A stretch of 64,000 bases of DNA from Deltaproteobacteria bacterium (GTDB lineage: Bacteria > Desulfobacterota_D > UBA1144 > Nemesobacterales > CSP1-2), in the NCBI GenBank assembly GCA_052390235.1, contig JBQTHB010000008.1:36840-100839 (forward strand). Direction: 5' to 3'. Positions 48,601-59,738 of the stretch are shown one piece after another; the first letter of the stretch is position 1, and each line of letters opens with the position of its first letter. The position numbers and the translations under genes were made by a program. Under the pieces are notes generated by a model that was not told the DNA's origin, did not search any database, and was given only the letters and a program-made list of their open reading frames with translations.

Positions 48601-49086
48601 TTATCTCTCCACCAAGCCAAGCTCTTCTGCGGCTTCTTTCTTGTTGCTCTTTGCCTCGGAAGAGTCCGTCTTTGATTTTTCAGGAGCGGATTTGGCGGGC
48701 CTAGTCTTTTTCTTAACCTTCGGCGTGAAACTCTCCTCCACAAGCTCGATGAGGGAAATCGCAGTGGCATCGCCGCGCCTGATGCCGAGTTTTATAATTC
48801 TCGTATATCCGCCGGGACGGTCTTTGTATCTCGGGGCGATGGAGTCAAATAATTTTTTTAGGATTTCCTTATCCGAGATAATCCCCGCCGCCTGCCTCTT
48901 TGCGTGAAGCGTGGCGTGTTTTCCAAGCGTTATAACCTTCTCGGCAAAACGTCTAAGCTCCTTTGCCTTAATATCGGTTGTCTGTATCTTTTCGTGGCGA
49001 AAGAGGTCTGTAACCATATTTCTCAGCATCGCCCGCCTGTGTTTCGTTACAACGCCGAGTTTACGTCCAATTCTTTTGTGTCGCAT
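48601..49086 (-). CDS. rplQ: 50S ribosomal protein L17
   Basis: [17 protein letters not shown]; charged C-terminal extension. Confidence 0.98.
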   Translation of the reverse strand: MRHKRIGRKLGVVTKHRRAMLRNMVTDLFRHEKIQTTDIKAKELRRFAEKVITLGKHATLHAKRQAAGIISDKEILKKLFDSIAPRYKDRPGGYTRIIKLGIRRGDATAISLIELVEESFTPKVKKKTRPAKSAPEKSKTDSSEAKSNKKEAAEELGLVER

Positions 49087-49115
49087 TGCTAAGGAGCCTC
49101 CGAGCTAATTTAAAA

Positions 49116-50150
49116 TTAATGTGAGAGGGCTTTCTCGTCAGCCCGCTTTAGTTTTTCCGCCTCAAACACTTCCCTATTTATCTTGAGTCCAAGGTTGAGA
49201 CCCACTTCCGAGAGCCGCTCTTTTATTTCAAAGAGCGAGCGTTTGCCGAAATTTTCGAGATTCAAAAGCTCTTCCTCAGTTTTTTGAATCAAATCGCCGG
49301 TGAGAGAAATCCCGGCTTTCATGAGGCAATTCTGAGACCTAGCCGAAAGCTCCAGTTCCTCGACCGCCTGAAATAGGAAATCCTCAGTGCCATTTATCTC
49401 TCTTTTTTCCTCGGCTCTGGTTGGGGCATCGTGCTGTTTCTCATCGAAACTGATGAACACGCTGAGCTGTTCTTTTAGAATTTTCGCGCTGTAGGCAAGC
49501 GCGTCTTCCGGCAGAATTGTGCCGTTAGTCCAGATTTCGAGCGTGAGTTTCTGGTAATCGGTTCTCCTCCCGACTCTGGCGTTGGTTACGGTGTAGTTGA
49601 CCTTTCTCACCGGAGAGAACATGGCGTCTAGGGGAATCACCCCTATCGCCCTCTGCATATCCGCTCTTCTCTCTATCGGCTCATAGCCCCTGCCCATCTC
49701 GGCAGTTATCTCTATCTCGAGCCTCGCGCCATGGGAAAGGGTAGCTATGTGGTGTTTTTTATTGAGTATTTCAATCTGATGCGTTGTGATAATGTCCCCG
49801 GCTTTAACGTCGCACTCTCCCATCGCGCTGATTCTGAGGGTCTGCGGCTCGTAGGTGTGCATTTTGATATCTACGCCCTTTAGATTGAGCAATATCTGCG
49901 TTATGTCCTCTTTGACCCCTGCAATTGTGGAGAACTCATGAAGCACCCCTTCGATTTTGACGGATGTAATTGCAGAGCCTTGAATGGAGGACAGAAGGGC
50001 TCTCCTTAAAGCGTTGCCCAGAGTGATGCCGTAACCGCGCTCAAGCGGCTCGCAAATAAACTTCCCGTAGAAAGAGTTAGCGCTTTTCTCCTCCTTATCG
50101 AGCTTTTTAGGCTTTATAAGGTCCTGCCAGTTTCTGTGAAAATCCTTCAC
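49116..50150 (-). CDS. rpoA: RNA polymerase alpha subunit
   Basis: EPLERGYGITLGNALRR, HEFSTI, NFGKRS. Confidence 0.99.
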   Translation of the reverse strand: MKDFHRNWQDLIKPKKLDKEEKSANSFYGKFICEPLERGYGITLGNALRRALLSSIQGSAITSVKIEGVLHEFSTIAGVKEDITQILLNLKGVDIKMHTYEPQTLRISAMGECDVKAGDIITTHQIEILNKKHHIATLSHGARLEIEITAEMGRGYEPIERRADMQRAIGVIPLDAMFSPVRKVNYTVTNARVGRRTDYQKLTLEIWTNGTILPEDALAYSAKILKEQLSVFISFDEKQHDAPTRAEEKREINGTEDFLFQAVEELELSARSQNCLMKAGISLTGDLIQKTEEELLNLENFGKRSLFEIKERLSEVGLNLGLKINREVFEAEKLKRADEKALSH

Positions 50151-50247
50151 CTTTTAACCTCCATGAACTATCTCGGCAATTGTCTTGATAAATATCTCGA
50201 GCATATACGCAATCCCTCCGCCGCGCCCCCAATTTGAGCGGGCAGAA

Positions 50248-50883
50248 TTAGACTCTCGAATAGAATTCCACGATAAGCTGATCGTCTATCGGGATGGTTA
50301 CATCCTCTCTTTCGGGGAATTTTCGCACCACCCCCTTGTAGTTATCCCTATCAAGCTCAAGCCAAGCCGGAAAACCCCTTCTAGCCAACAATTCAATGGA
50401 TTCGTTGATTCTCTTAAGTTTTCTGCTCGTTTCTTTTATCTCGACAACGTCGCCCGCCTCGACTAAGTACGAGGGGATATTGACCTTTTTCCCGTTTACG
50501 GTGATATGACCGTGGCTTACGATTTGACGCGCATCACTTCTGGAGCCTCCGAATCCGAGACGATAAACTACGTTATCAAGCCTCCTTTCGAGTAGCACAA
50601 TGAGGTAAGAACCCGTTACGCCCTTCACGCGGGACGCCTCCTCAAAGTACTTGCGGAACTGCCTCTCGCGGATGCCGTACATCCACTTTACCTTCTGCTT
50701 TTCCCTCAACCTCACACCGTATTCGGACAACTTGCGGTTTTGTTGGTTGCCGTGCTGTCCCGGCGACTGATTAGGTCGCTTCTCAAGACCGCTCTTGCCA
50801 TTATATGCCCTCTCGCCCTTAATAAAGAGGTTCATCCCTGCCCTTCTCGAAAGCCTCTCGGTCGGACCCGTATATCTACCCAA
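50248..50883 (-). CDS. rpsD: 30S ribosomal protein S4 (no zinc-ribbon cysteines)
   Basis: [29 protein letters not shown]. Confidence 0.99.
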   Translation of the reverse strand: MGRYTGPTERLSRRAGMNLFIKGERAYNGKSGLEKRPNQSPGQHGNQQNRKLSEYGVRLREKQKVKWMYGIRERQFRKYFEEASRVKGVTGSYLIVLLERRLDNVVYRLGFGGSRSDARQIVSHGHITVNGKKVNIPSYLVEAGDVVEIKETSRKLKRINESIELLARRGFPAWLELDRDNYKGVVRKFPEREDVTIPIDDQLIVEFYSRV

Positions 50884-50942
50884 TTTTCAAATGCCTCCTA
50901 ATTTCAGCTTGCTATTTTTAATATCTGATTCAAGAAACAATC

Positions 50943-51326
50943 CTATATCCTGCGCTTGGACGTAGGCCTACACCCGTTGTGAGGGATGGGGGTTACGTCG
51001 CGGATGAAGGTGATGCGAAGCCCCGACGCCTGAATTGACCTTATGGCAGGCTCTCTTCCAGGTCCCGGGCCCTTGACAAATACGGTAACGCTCTTCATCC
51101 CTGCGTCAGCCGCTTTTTTAGCCGCGTCCTCAGCCGCAATCTGAGCGGCGAACGGAGTCCCCTTTCGAGTTCCCTTAAAACCCTTCATGCCGCCGCTCGA
51201 CCAGGCGACCACGTTGCCGCGGTTGTCGGTTATCGTAACTATAGTGTTGTTGAACGTAGCCTGAATGTGAACCATGCCTTGGTCAACAAAGCGTTTAATT
51301 TTTTTTGTAGTTTTCTTCTTAGCCAA
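50943..51326 (-). CDS. rpsK: 30S ribosomal protein S11
   Basis: [23 protein letters not shown]. Confidence 0.99.
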   Translation of the reverse strand: MAKKKTTKKIKRFVDQGMVHIQATFNNTIVTITDNRGNVVAWSSGGMKGFKGTRKGTPFAAQIAAEDAAKKAADAGMKSVTVFVKGPGPGREPAIRSIQASGLRITFIRDVTPIPHNGCRPTSKRRI

Positions 51327-51343
51327 CTTCCGCCTCCAGATTA

Positions 51344-51724
51344 TTAAGCCTTAGTTTTCTTCTTCTTAGTAACTGCCGAGCCTTTGGGCCCCTTTCTCGT
51401 TCTCGCGTTGGAGCGGGTTCTCTGTCCTCTTACTGGAAGACCGAGCCTGTGCCTCACGCCCCTGTAGCAACCGATTTCCACAAGGCGCTTTATGTTGGTC
51501 TGAACCTCTTTGCGCAGGTCTCCCTCGACTAGATATTTCTCCTCGATGATTTCTCTGATTTTTGCGACCTCGCCCTCGGTCAGCTCGTTTGCGCGCTTGT
51601 TCAAATCAATATCCGCCTCTGAGAGGATTCTCTGAGACGAAAAGCGCCCTACCCCATAAATGTAGGTGAGACCTATTTCGATTCTTTTATTAAGTGGAAT
51701 ATCTACACCCGATATTCTTGGCAT
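51344..51724 (-). CDS. rpsM: 30S ribosomal protein S13
   Basis: [21 protein letters not shown]. Confidence 0.99.
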   Translation of the reverse strand: MPRISGVDIPLNKRIEIGLTYIYGVGRFSSQRILSEADIDLNKRANELTEGEVAKIREIIEEKYLVEGDLRKEVQTNIKRLVEIGCYRGVRHRLGLPVRGQRTRSNARTRKGPKGSAVTKKKKTKA

Positions 51725-51741
51725 GAACCTTCTCCTTGGAG

Positions 51742-51855
51742 CTAGCCTTGTTTTTGCTTATGTTTTCTATTTTCGCAGATTATCCTAATTGTCCCGCTTC
51801 TCTTAATTATCTTGCATTTATCGCATATCTTTTTCACAGAGCCTCGAACTTTCAC
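51742..51855 (-). CDS. rpmJ: 50S ribosomal protein L36 (zinc type)
   Basis: GTG start; [13 protein letters not shown]...[12 protein letters not shown]. Confidence 0.97.
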   Translation of the reverse strand: MKVRGSVKKICDKCKIIKRSGTIRIICENRKHKQKQG

Positions 51856-51874
51856 CGCACATATCCCTCCAATA

Positions 51875-52096
51875 TTATTTTTTGAGCCTGTATGTGATTC
51901 TCCCCTTCGTGAGGTCGTAAGTGGAAAGCTCAATCTTGACCTTATCCCCCGGAAGAATCCTGATAAAATGTGTCCTCATCTTGCCAGAAACATAAGCGAG
52001 TATTTTATGACCGCCCTGAATTTCCACTCTGAACATCGCATTTGGCAGTGCTTCAACCACCGTGCCTTCAAACTCAATAGTTTCCTCTTTCGCCAT
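51875..52096 (-). CDS. infA: Translation initiation factor IF-1
   Basis: [21 protein letters not shown]. Confidence 0.99.
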   Translation of the reverse strand: MAKEETIEFEGTVVEALPNAMFRVEIQGGHKILAYVSGKMRTHFIRILPGDKVKIELSTYDLTKGRITYRLKK

Positions 52097-52108
52097 AACC
52101 CCTCTTTT

Positions 52109-52876
52109 TTAGTTTCCAAGCTCAGTCAAGATACGAGGGCCATCCTCAAGAATCGCCACAGTATGCTCGAAATGAGCCGAGAGCGCCCCGTCCACGGTAA
52201 CAGCCGTCCAACCGTCGGCGAGGATTTTTACATCCGGCCTACCCACGTTTACCATAGGCTCTATCGCTATAACCATTCCCTGCTTGAGCTTTAGTCCCCT
52301 GCCGTGCGCCCCGTTTTCCGGCACAAAATTAGGCACCTGCGGGTCTTCGTGTAGGTTTTTGCCTATTCCATGCCCCACAAACACCTTCACCACCGAGAAT
52401 CCCTGCATCATCACAAAGCTCTCTATGGCGTGCGATATTTCGTAGAGCCTGTTCGATGGATGAGCCATCCCAATTCCCCGGTAAAGCGAAGCGCGAGTGG
52501 CATCAAGTAGCCTCGCCGCCTCGTCCGAGACCTTCCCCACCGGGACTGTAATCGCCGAATCCCCGTAGTAGCCGTCCATGCAGACGCCGAAATCGAGCCC
52601 AATAATGTCGCCTTCTTTGAGAATCTTCTTCTTGGACGGAATGCCGTGGACGACCTCTTCGTTAACCGCGAAACAGACCGAGCCGGGATAGCTCTTATAT
52701 CCCTTGAAAGCAGGTTTTGCCTTCCTATTTAGCGTATGCTCTTCGGCGATTTTATCCAAATCCCAAGTGGAAATTCCGGGCTTGACCTCTTCTCTTAGCC
52801 TCTCCAAAACCTCTACTACAACCTGAGATGCCGCCCTAATTTTGTCTATTTCCTCTTTGGTTTTCAGATAAATCAT
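52109..52876 (-). CDS. map: Methionine aminopeptidase type I
   Basis: NEEVVHGIP, GHGIG, HEDP, AIEPM, SAHFEHT. Confidence 0.98.
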   Translation of the reverse strand: MIYLKTKEEIDKIRAASQVVVEVLERLREEVKPGISTWDLDKIAEEHTLNRKAKPAFKGYKSYPGSVCFAVNEEVVHGIPSKKKILKEGDIIGLDFGVCMDGYYGDSAITVPVGKVSDEAARLLDATRASLYRGIGMAHPSNRLYEISHAIESFVMMQGFSVVKVFVGHGIGKNLHEDPQVPNFVPENGAHGRGLKLKQGMVIAIEPMVNVGRPDVKILADGWTAVTVDGALSAHFEHTVAILEDGPRILTELGN

Positions 52877-53523
52877 ATCACCGACCGCAGCGCGTCCTTG
52901 ATTCTATCGTAAACCTCTTCGACTCCGCCTATGCCGTCAATCTGGGCTACAATCCCCGCGCTCCCGTAGTGGCCCTTTATCGGCTCGGTCTGGCTCCTAT
53001 AGACCTCCAGCCTTCTCCTCACAACGGCCTCTTTATCATCGTCCCTCTGGTAGAGCCGCCCGCCGCACTTATCGCACACGCCCTCTCTTTGCGTCGGGTC
53101 GAACAGCGCGTGATACATCGCCCCGCATCCCTCGCAAACGCGCCTTCCGCTGATTCTACCGACTATCTGTTCGTCGGCGACCTCAATCGAGATGACGCGG
53201 TCTATTCTGAGCCCCTCGCCGGCGAGCATGGAGTCCAGAGCCTCAGCCTGAGGAATGGTTCTGGGGAAACCGTCAAACATAAAACCACTCGCCGCGCCAG
53301 CCCTTCTAATCGTCTCTTTTATAATGTCTATTATGACCCCGTCCGGCACAAGCTCGCCCCTATTCATATACGATGCGGCAAGGTCGCCCAAAGGGGTTTT
53401 AGCCTTTACAGCCGCCCTTAGTATATCCCCGGTGGAGACGTGCATCACCCCGTAGTCTCTGGTGATTCTGGAGGCTTGAGTGCCTTTTCCGGCTCCGGGC
53501 GGGCCGAATAGTAAAAGTCTCAT
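52873..53523 (-). CDS. adk: Adenylate kinase
   Basis: GPPGAGKGTQ, STGDILR, DGFPR, zinc lid, QRDDD. Confidence 0.98.
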   Translation of the reverse strand: MRLLLFGPPGAGKGTQASRITRDYGVMHVSTGDILRAAVKAKTPLGDLAASYMNRGELVPDGVIIDIIKETIRRAGAASGFMFDGFPRTIPQAEALDSMLAGEGLRIDRVISIEVADEQIVGRISGRRVCEGCGAMYHALFDPTQREGVCDKCGGRLYQRDDDKEAVVRRRLEVYRSQTEPIKGHYGSAGIVAQIDGIGGVEEVYDRIKDALRSVI

Positions 53524-53539
53524 GGGCAGAGCTCTCCTT

Positions 53540-54859
53540 TTATACCCCGTACCTTCTAGGCCCCTTCATGCCGCTTTTCTTTATAAATCCCTCGTAGCTG
53601 TGGGTAATCAGGAACGATTCTATCTGCTGGACAGTATCTAGCGTAACTCCGACGACAATGAGAAGCGATGTGCCTCCGAAAAAGAACGGCAGACTAAAGG
53701 GCGCCGCTTGCAGTATTGAGGGAAGCACGCAGACCGCGGCGATGTACAGAGCACCAATTAGGGTGAGCCTGCCCAAAATCCTATCAATGTACTCGGACGT
53801 CTTCTTGCCGGGCCTAATTCCGGGAACGAACCCTCCGTTTTTCCTCAAATTCTCGGCCAGGTCATCGGGGTTATAAATTATCGCGGTGTAGAAGTAGGCG
53901 AAGAATATTATCAGCGAGGCATAAATTATCTCATACAAAAAACCGCCCTGAAGCAGAGAATCCGTCAAATCCCTCAGAACCGGGGCATCTACAAATGTGA
54001 GTATAGTCGCCGGAAATATGAGAAGCGAAGAGGCGAATATAGGCGGTATCACCCCTGCGGTGTTGACCTTTAGCGGTAGATGAGACGCCTGTCCTCCATA
54101 GACCTTCCTCCCAACGACACGCCTCGGGTACTGCACCGGAATCCTCCGGTAAGACCTCTCTACAAACACTATCGCGCCCACAATGAGCAGCATAAAGAGC
54201 AGGAGAAGCGCTATACCAAAAACCGTCATCTCCCCCGTTTCAACGAGCCTTACCAAATCCCAGAAACTCCCCGGAAGCCCCGCCAAAATAGAAGATGCGA
54301 TGATAAGCGATATGCCATTGCCAATACCGCGCTCAGTAATCTGCTCGCCTATCCACATGACGAATAAACTCCCGGCGGTTAGAGTGATGACCGTGGTAAT
54401 CCTAAAAACCCAGCCCGGCTCTATAACCACCGAAGAGCCCAAACCTAGCCCGCCTTCGAGGGTTAAGGCGAGCATAAACCCCTGAACGAGGCATATAAGC
54501 ACAGTGCCGTAGCGCGAGTATTGATTGATTTTGCGCCTTCCAGCCTCTCCTTCTTTCTGCATTGCCTCGAGCGTGGGAAACGCCTTCACAAGCAGGGACA
54601 TAATAATTGAGGACGTAATATAGGGCATAACCCCTAGGGCAAACACCGAAGCCCTCTCAAGAGCGCCGCCGGAGAACAGATTGAGTAGATCGAATATCGT
54701 CCCCTTAGTCTGGTCGAAAAGCTGGATGAGCTGTTCCGGGTCAATCCCCGGAGTTGGCACAAACACCCCCAACCTATAGACAATGAGCATTATGGCTACG
54801 AAGAGCAGTCTCTTGTTAAGTTCGGGAATTTTCGGTAGCGACCCTATATTTCTACTCAT
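53540..54859 (-). CDS. secY: Preprotein translocase subunit SecY
   Basis: FSGGA, LGVMPYITSSII, GIGNGISL, IRPG, GGTSLLIVVGV. Confidence 0.99.
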   Translation of the reverse strand: MSRNIGSLPKIPELNKRLLFVAIMLIVYRLGVFVPTPGIDPEQLIQLFDQTKGTIFDLLNLFSGGALERASVFALGVMPYITSSIIMSLLVKAFPTLEAMQKEGEAGRRKINQYSRYGTVLICLVQGFMLALTLEGGLGLGSSVVIEPGWVFRITTVITLTAGSLFVMWIGEQITERGIGNGISLIIASSILAGLPGSFWDLVRLVETGEMTVFGIALLLLFMLLIVGAIVFVERSYRRIPVQYPRRVVGRKVYGGQASHLPLKVNTAGVIPPIFASSLLIFPATILTFVDAPVLRDLTDSLLQGGFLYEIIYASLIIFFAYFYTAIIYNPDDLAENLRKNGGFVPGIRPGKKTSEYIDRILGRLTLIGALYIAAVCVLPSILQAAPFSLPFFFGGTSLLIVVGVTLDTVQQIESFLITHSYEGFIKKSGMKGPRRYGV

Positions 54860-55287
54860 AGAACCTCTGTTTTACCACCGCGCTCTTCCACTCTCTTCAC
54901 CGCCTCTTTGCTGAAGCCGTGGGCTTTTATTGTTATTGCTCTTTCAATATCTCCTGTTGCCAGCACCTTCACGGGGTTTCTCCCTGCGACGAGACCGGCT
55001 TCTTTAAGCTCAACAGGGGTTACGACGGCGCCATCTTGGAAACGATTTAAATCCCTCAGATTTACAACATCGTAGGAGATTTTGTTATAGCTCGTAAACC
55101 CGCGCTTCGGAGACCTCATCTTAAGCGGGGTCTGCCCTCCCTCGAACCACGCAGGCACTCTGCCGCCGGAACGCGCTCTTTGCCCCTTGTGTCCCCTGCC
55201 GCTTGTCTTTCCATGGCAGCCAGGGCCGCGCCCTACGGTTTTTATCTTATGAGTTGCCCCTGATGGAGGCTTTAATTTATTTAACAT
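54856..55287 (-). CDS. rplO: 50S ribosomal protein L15
   Basis: GKTSGRGHKGQ, FEGGQTPL. Confidence 0.98.
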   Translation of the reverse strand: MLNKLKPPSGATHKIKTVGRGPGCHGKTSGRGHKGQRARSGGRVPAWFEGGQTPLKMRSPKRGFTSYNKISYDVVNLRDLNRFQDGAVVTPVELKEAGLVAGRNPVKVLATGDIERAITIKAHGFSKEAVKRVEERGGKTEVL

Positions 55288-55335
55288 TTTTAGTTTCCTT
55301 GCATTCGATTTTTGATTTAGCGAAATCCATATTAA

Positions 55336-55863
55336 CTAAGAAGCCCCGTAGTGCTTGGGGAGGTCAAGCTCTCTTACGTCCTTGCCTCTGAGCAAGCCCA
55401 CGCTCTCAGGCATTCTAAGCCCCTGAAGCCCCTTTATAGTCGCCAGTACGACGTTAAGCGGGTTAGTTGACCCCAGCACCTTAGACAGGATGTCATGAAT
55501 CCCCGAAAGCTCGATGACCGCTCTAACCGCGCCTCCGGCAATAACCCCCGTGCCGGGAGTCGCTGGCTTCAGCACAACTTTGCTTGAGCTATGCTCGGCG
55601 AGGACTTCGTGAGGGATGGTTTTTCCCTGCCTCGAAATCCTAATGAGGGTTTTTTTCGCTTTCTCCACGGCTTTCTTTATGGCGTCTGGAACCTCGTTCG
55701 ACTTTCCAAGGGCGCTTCCAACTACGCCATCTCCGTTTCCAACAACGACCAGAGCCGTAAAATGGAATCTCTTTCCGCCCTTAGTTACCTTGGCGACCCT
55801 TCTTATGTGTACAATTTTCTCTTTTAAATCGAGCCCTGCCGCGTCAATTCTCTCTTTCTGCAA
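55336..55863 (-). CDS. rpsE: 30S ribosomal protein S5
   Basis: [22 protein letters not shown] start at 55863 after GAGGAGG. Confidence 0.98.
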   Translation of the reverse strand: MQKERIDAAGLDLKEKIVHIRRVAKVTKGGKRFHFTALVVVGNGDGVVGSALGKSNEVPDAIKKAVEKAKKTLIRISRQGKTIPHEVLAEHSSSKVVLKPATPGTGVIAGGAVRAVIELSGIHDILSKVLGSTNPLNVVLATIKGLQGLRMPESVGLLRGKDVRELDLPKHYGAS

Positions 55864-55902
55864 AACGAGCCTCCTCAAAATGAGCCGTGTGTGGACAGTT
55901 AT

Positions 55903-56277
55903 TTAAAATTCAAGACCGGCTTCTCTAGCCCCGTCAGCAAGGGATTTTACCCTTCCGTGATAGGGATAGCCGCCCCTGTCGAAACGAACCTTCTTTACCC
56001 CCAAAGATACGGCAATCTCTCCAATGAGCGCGCCTACAATCTTTGCGGTTTCAACATTTTTCTTCTTCTCGCTTCCTATAATCTCTTTGACCTTAGGGGT
56101 TAGAGTTGAAGCAGAGGCAAGGGTGCGCCCGCTCTCGTCGTCTATAACTTGAGCATATATGTGGCTGGCGGATTTAAATACAGATAATCTTGGCGCGGAT
56201 GACGTGCCCGCGAGTTTTTTCCTCAACCTCTGATGCCTAATATTGCGTTTTTCCTTTGCGCTTGTTTTGCCTATCAT
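55903..56277 (-). CDS. rplR: 50S ribosomal protein L18
   Basis: [29 protein letters not shown]. Confidence 0.98.
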   Translation of the reverse strand: MIGKTSAKEKRNIRHQRLRKKLAGTSSAPRLSVFKSASHIYAQVIDDESGRTLASASTLTPKVKEIIGSEKKKNVETAKIVGALIGEIAVSLGVKKVRFDRGGYPYHGRVKSLADGAREAGLEF

Positions 56278-56822
56278 TTCTTAGAGCCCGCCTTTCCTGC
56301 CTTAAGTTTAAGTTTTTCGCCCGTAAATCTCACGCCCTTGCCCTTATACGAGTCAGGGAGTCTCAATCCCTTGATATTTGCCGCCGTCTGCCCCACGAGC
56401 GCCTTATCAGCCCCCGCGAGTACGAGCTTTGTGCCTTTATCCTCAACCGTTGCCCGCACCCCGATTGGAAGGGCAAAATCAATGGGATTAGAATATCCGA
56501 GGGACATTTTCAGCGATTCCCCTCCCACTAGCTCAGCCTTATATCCCACCCCCACTATATCGAGCGAGCGGGTAAACCCTTGGGATACGCCCTGAATCAC
56601 ATTCGCCACAAGGGCGCGCGTGAGTCCGTGAAGGGCTTTTTTGTTTTTCTCTTCGCCATCTCTCTCAAAGGTGATATTTGCGTTTTCAATCTTAACCGTA
56701 ATCTCTTCGGGGATTCTCACGGAAAGCTCGCCCTTCGCGCCCTTTGCCTTAATTACCCCTTCGATTAATTCAACTTTCACGCCGCTTGGTATGGCGACTG
56801 GTTTCCTGCCTATTCTCGACAT
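56274..56822 (-). CDS. rplF: 50S ribosomal protein L6
   Basis: [18 protein letters not shown]. Confidence 0.98.
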   Translation of the reverse strand: MSRIGRKPVAIPSGVKVELIEGVIKAKGAKGELSVRIPEEITVKIENANITFERDGEEKNKKALHGLTRALVANVIQGVSQGFTRSLDIVGVGYKAELVGGESLKMSLGYSNPIDFALPIGVRATVEDKGTKLVLAGADKALVGQTAANIKGLRLPDSYKGKGVRFTGEKLKLKAGKAGSKK

Positions 56823-56832
56823 AATATTGACC

Positions 56833-57225
56833 TCACAGAACCGTGCATAAAAGCTCCCCTCCTATGCCGAGGCGGCGCGCTTGAGTACTTGTCATAATTC
56901 CCTTCGAGGTGGAGAGGATGGATATTCCAAGCCCGCCCCTTACCCTTGGGATTTCGCTTTTGTTCACGTAGAGCCTCCGTCCGGGTTTGCTAGCCCTCTT
57001 GATTTCTCTTATCACCGCGGACTTGTCAGGGGCGTATTTAAGCTCTATCTGAATGCTCTTTTTGATTCCCTCTTCGGCAAATTTGTAGCCCGAAATATAG
57101 CCCTCTTCTTTGAGAACCCTCGCAATCTGAGCCTTAATCCCCGACATCGGCACGTTCACGGCGTTGTGCCTTGAAACTAGGGAATTTCTAATTCTGGTAA
57201 GCATATCCGCAATTGGATCGGTCAT
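56833..57225 (-). CDS. rpsH: 30S ribosomal protein S8
   Basis: MTDPIADMLTRIRN, SKPGRR, STSKG, GGE. Confidence 0.98.
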   Translation of the reverse strand: MTDPIADMLTRIRNSLVSRHNAVNVPMSGIKAQIARVLKEEGYISGYKFAEEGIKKSIQIELKYAPDKSAVIREIKRASKPGRRLYVNKSEIPRVRGGLGISILSTSKGIMTSTQARRLGIGGELLCTVL

Positions 57226-57297
57226 AAAAATTACCTCTCGTGTGTATAGACTCTCATATTTCGACCACTCCTGAATTGGAGTGATCACCTAAAGTAT

Positions 57298-57483
57298 TTA
57301 CAGGCTCGCTTTTCTCACGCCGGGTATAGCGCCGAAGCTCGCCCGGTCGCGGAAGCATAGCCTGCACATACCGAATTTTCTCATAAACGCCCTAGGTCTG
57401 CCGCAAATCCAGCACCTGTTCCTAGTCCTGACTTTAAATTTCGGCTCTTTGCTTGCTTTCTCTAAAAGTGCTTTGCGCGCCAT
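57298..57483 (-). CDS. rpsN: 30S ribosomal protein S14, zinc (type Z)
   Basis: 61 aa, CWICGR and CRLCFR. Confidence 0.98.
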   Translation of the reverse strand: MARKALLEKASKEPKFKVRTRNRCWICGRPRAFMRKFGMCRLCFRDRASFGAIPGVRKASL

Positions 57484-57497
57484 GTACTCCCTCTCAG

Positions 57498-58052
57498 TTA
57501 GTTCGCTCTAAACGGCATACCTAAGTTCCTTAAAAGCTCCCTAGATTCGTCGTCCGTTTTCGCATTGGTTACAAAAGTTATGTTAAGCCCTTTGACTTTT
57601 TCAAATTTGCCGTATTCAATTTCGGGGAATATAGTGTGTTCCTTTAGCCCCATCGTGTAGTTGCCGCTCCCATCAAAGCCCGTGGGAGACAAGCCTCTGA
57701 AATCCCTAACGCGGGGAAGGGCCAAATTCACGAGTCTGTCGAGAAACTCATACATCCTGTTTCCCCTAAGCGTTACCATACACCCAATGGCAGCCCCTTC
57801 TCTGAGCTTGAATCCTGCGATGGATTTTTTGGCTTTCGTAATAACCGGCTTCTGTCCCGCGATAAGTCCAAGCTCGCTGACGGAGTCGTCTATGATTTTA
57901 TTCTCTTTGCCGCCGTCGCTCATTTTTCCTAGCCCAATGTTTAGGACGATCCTCTGTACTGAGGGAATCTGCATGGGATTTTTATAGCCGAACTTCTCGG
58001 CGAGCTGTTTCGTAATTTTTTCTTTATATAACTGCTTCAGTTTTGGAACCAT
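57498..58052 (-). CDS. rplE: 50S ribosomal protein L5
   Basis: [23 protein letters not shown]. Confidence 0.98.
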   Translation of the reverse strand: MVPKLKQLYKEKITKQLAEKFGYKNPMQIPSVQRIVLNIGLGKMSDGGKENKIIDDSVSELGLIAGQKPVITKAKKSIAGFKLREGAAIGCMVTLRGNRMYEFLDRLVNLALPRVRDFRGLSPTGFDGSGNYTMGLKEHTIFPEIEYGKFEKVKGLNITFVTNAKTDDESRELLRNLGMPFRAN

Positions 58053-58118
58053 CGCTTTTTATTCTCCTAGCCACAACCTTAATTTATCGCCGCCGCTACA
58101 CCCGGCATTTTATCTAGC

Positions 58119-58385
58119 TCAACCCTTTGCTGGCTTGCGGGACTTTGAATCATATTTCGCGAGATTTGACACGTGAATTCCGGATTCCTTCTCCACAATT
58201 CCCGCGCTCGGATTCTTCGCCGAAGCCTTCGTATGCCTTTTAACCATATTGAGCTTTTCGACTACAGCCTTGTTTTCGGAGGGCATAACCCTCAGAACTT
58301 TTCCGGTTTTCCCCTTTTCGCTTCCCGCGATGACGGATACGGTATCCCCTTTTTTAATATGAATCTTGGCGTGAGACTTCTCCAT
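58119..58385 (-). CDS. rplX: 50S ribosomal protein L24 (short C-terminus)
   Basis: IKKGDTVSVIAG.EKGK.GKV KOW motif, IHVSN. Confidence 0.95.
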   Translation of the reverse strand: MEKSHAKIHIKKGDTVSVIAGSEKGKTGKVLRVMPSENKAVVEKLNMVKRHTKASAKNPSAGIVEKESGIHVSNLAKYDSKSRKPAKG

Positions 58386-58389
58386 AGGT

Positions 58390-58758
58390 CTATACCACCT
58401 CCGGGGCAAGGGATATTATCTTCATAAAACCCTTCACACGAAGCTCTCTGGCAATTGGGCCGAACACGCGCGTTCCCATAGGCTCAAGCTCTTTTGTGAT
58501 AAGCACCGCGGCGTTATCGTCAAACCTCACGTAAGAGCCGTCGGGGCGGCGCTCCTCTTTTCTGGTGCGCACAATGACAGCGCGGTGAACGTCCCCTTTT
58601 TCTACCTTGGAGTTTGGTATCGCCTCTTTAATCGACACCACCACAACGTCCCCCAATCTGGCGTATGTCCTATTCGAGCCGCCCAGAAGCCTAATGCAAA
58701 ATAGCTTTTTTGCTCCAGTGTTGTCCGCCGCTTCGAGCATCGTCGTTGGCTGTATCAT
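58390..58758 (-). CDS. rplN: 50S ribosomal protein L14
   Basis: ADNTGAK, FDDNAAV, GTRVFGP, SLAPEV. Confidence 0.99.
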   Translation of the reverse strand: MIQPTTMLEAADNTGAKKLFCIRLLGGSNRTYARLGDVVVVSIKEAIPNSKVEKGDVHRAVIVRTRKEERRPDGSYVRFDDNAAVLITKELEPMGTRVFGPIARELRVKGFMKIISLAPEVV

Positions 58759-58759
58759 C

Positions 58760-59062
58760 TCACTTTACCTCCGGCGCAGAAACTTGTTCGACAATATCCG
58801 CTTCAACCGAGAATTTGCGCTCCAGAATCTCCGTCACTCGCCAAGATTTCGTGCGGCTAAGGGGCCTGGATTCGGTTATAATGACCTTGTCCCCAACCTT
58901 GCACTCGTTCTTTTCGTCATGCGCCTTGAACCTGGAGGTTCTCTTGACGGGCTTGTTGAAACCGAGATTGCTCACGATGTGAATCACATCCACGACTACG
59001 GTTTTGTCCATTTTATCGCTGGTAACCAGACCGACTCTGGTTTTCATCTTCCCTCTTGCCAT
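58760..59062 (-). CDS. rpsQ: 30S ribosomal protein S17
   Basis: [21 protein letters not shown]. Confidence 0.97.
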   Translation of the reverse strand: MARGKMKTRVGLVTSDKMDKTVVVDVIHIVSNLGFNKPVKRTSRFKAHDEKNECKVGDKVIITESRPLSRTKSWRVTEILERKFSVEADIVEQVSAPEVK

Positions 59063-59271
59063 TATCCCCTCTCCTTGCCCTTAGCAAGCTGTCTCTGTCT
59101 AGTTATGCCGAGCATTCTGGCCACGTCCTTTTTTAATCTGCGCACTCTGGCAACGTTCGTCGTCTGATTTGTGGCAATCAATATCCCGAAGTTGAATAGC
59201 TCCGAGCGAGCCTCGCCGAGTTTCTTTGCCAACTCGTCGTCTTTAAGTTCTCTTATTTCACCGGACTTCAT
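59062..59271 (-). CDS. rpmC: 50S ribosomal protein L29
   Basis: Size, position, ELFN and KKDVAR. Confidence 0.93.
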   Translation of the reverse strand: MKSGEIRELKDDELAKKLGEARSELFNFGILIATNQTTNVARVRRLKKDVARMLGITRQRQLAKGKERG

Positions 59272-59693
59272 ATTGTAAGAACCCCCTCGCCGCGAATCAC
59301 GACGCGCGTCTTTACCGGAAGTTTATGAGAGGCAAGCCTAAAAGCCTCTTTTGCTAGGTCGGGTGTTAGCCCGCTTATCTCATAGAGCATAGTTCCCGGT
59401 TTAATGGGAGCGACATAGCCGGCTACATCCCCTTTTCCCTTTCCCATTCTCGTCTCAGCCGCTTTTTTCGTTATCGGCTTATGAGGAAAGAGCCTAACCC
59501 AGAGTTTCGCCCCCCGCTTCACATAGCGGGTTATGGCGATTCTCGCCGCCTCAATCTGCTGGGCGGTAATCATGCCGGCTTCGGTGGACTGAATGCCGAA
59601 CTCGCCAAAGGCAAGGGTCATTCCCCTCGTAGCCTTACCCCTGTTTCGTCCTTTAAAACATTTTCTGTATTTTGTTCTCGCTGGCTGAAGCAT
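59268..59693 (-). CDS. rplP: 50S ribosomal protein L16
   Basis: MLQP.RTKYRK, QIEAAR, RMGKGKG, KLP. Confidence 0.99.
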   Translation of the reverse strand: MLQPARTKYRKCFKGRNRGKATRGMTLAFGEFGIQSTEAGMITAQQIEAARIAITRYVKRGAKLWVRLFPHKPITKKAAETRMGKGKGDVAGYVAPIKPGTMLYEISGLTPDLAKEAFRLASHKLPVKTRVVIRGEGVLTI

Positions 59694-59738
59694 TTTTTAT
59701 TCCTTTAAAATAATTTGCGTCAATTCCAATATCGGCGG

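Noticed and set aside
57226..57297. Small hairpin CACTCC...GGAGTG between rpsN and rpsH as an S8 autoregulatory site
   Set aside because: Too short to distinguish from chance without comparative data.
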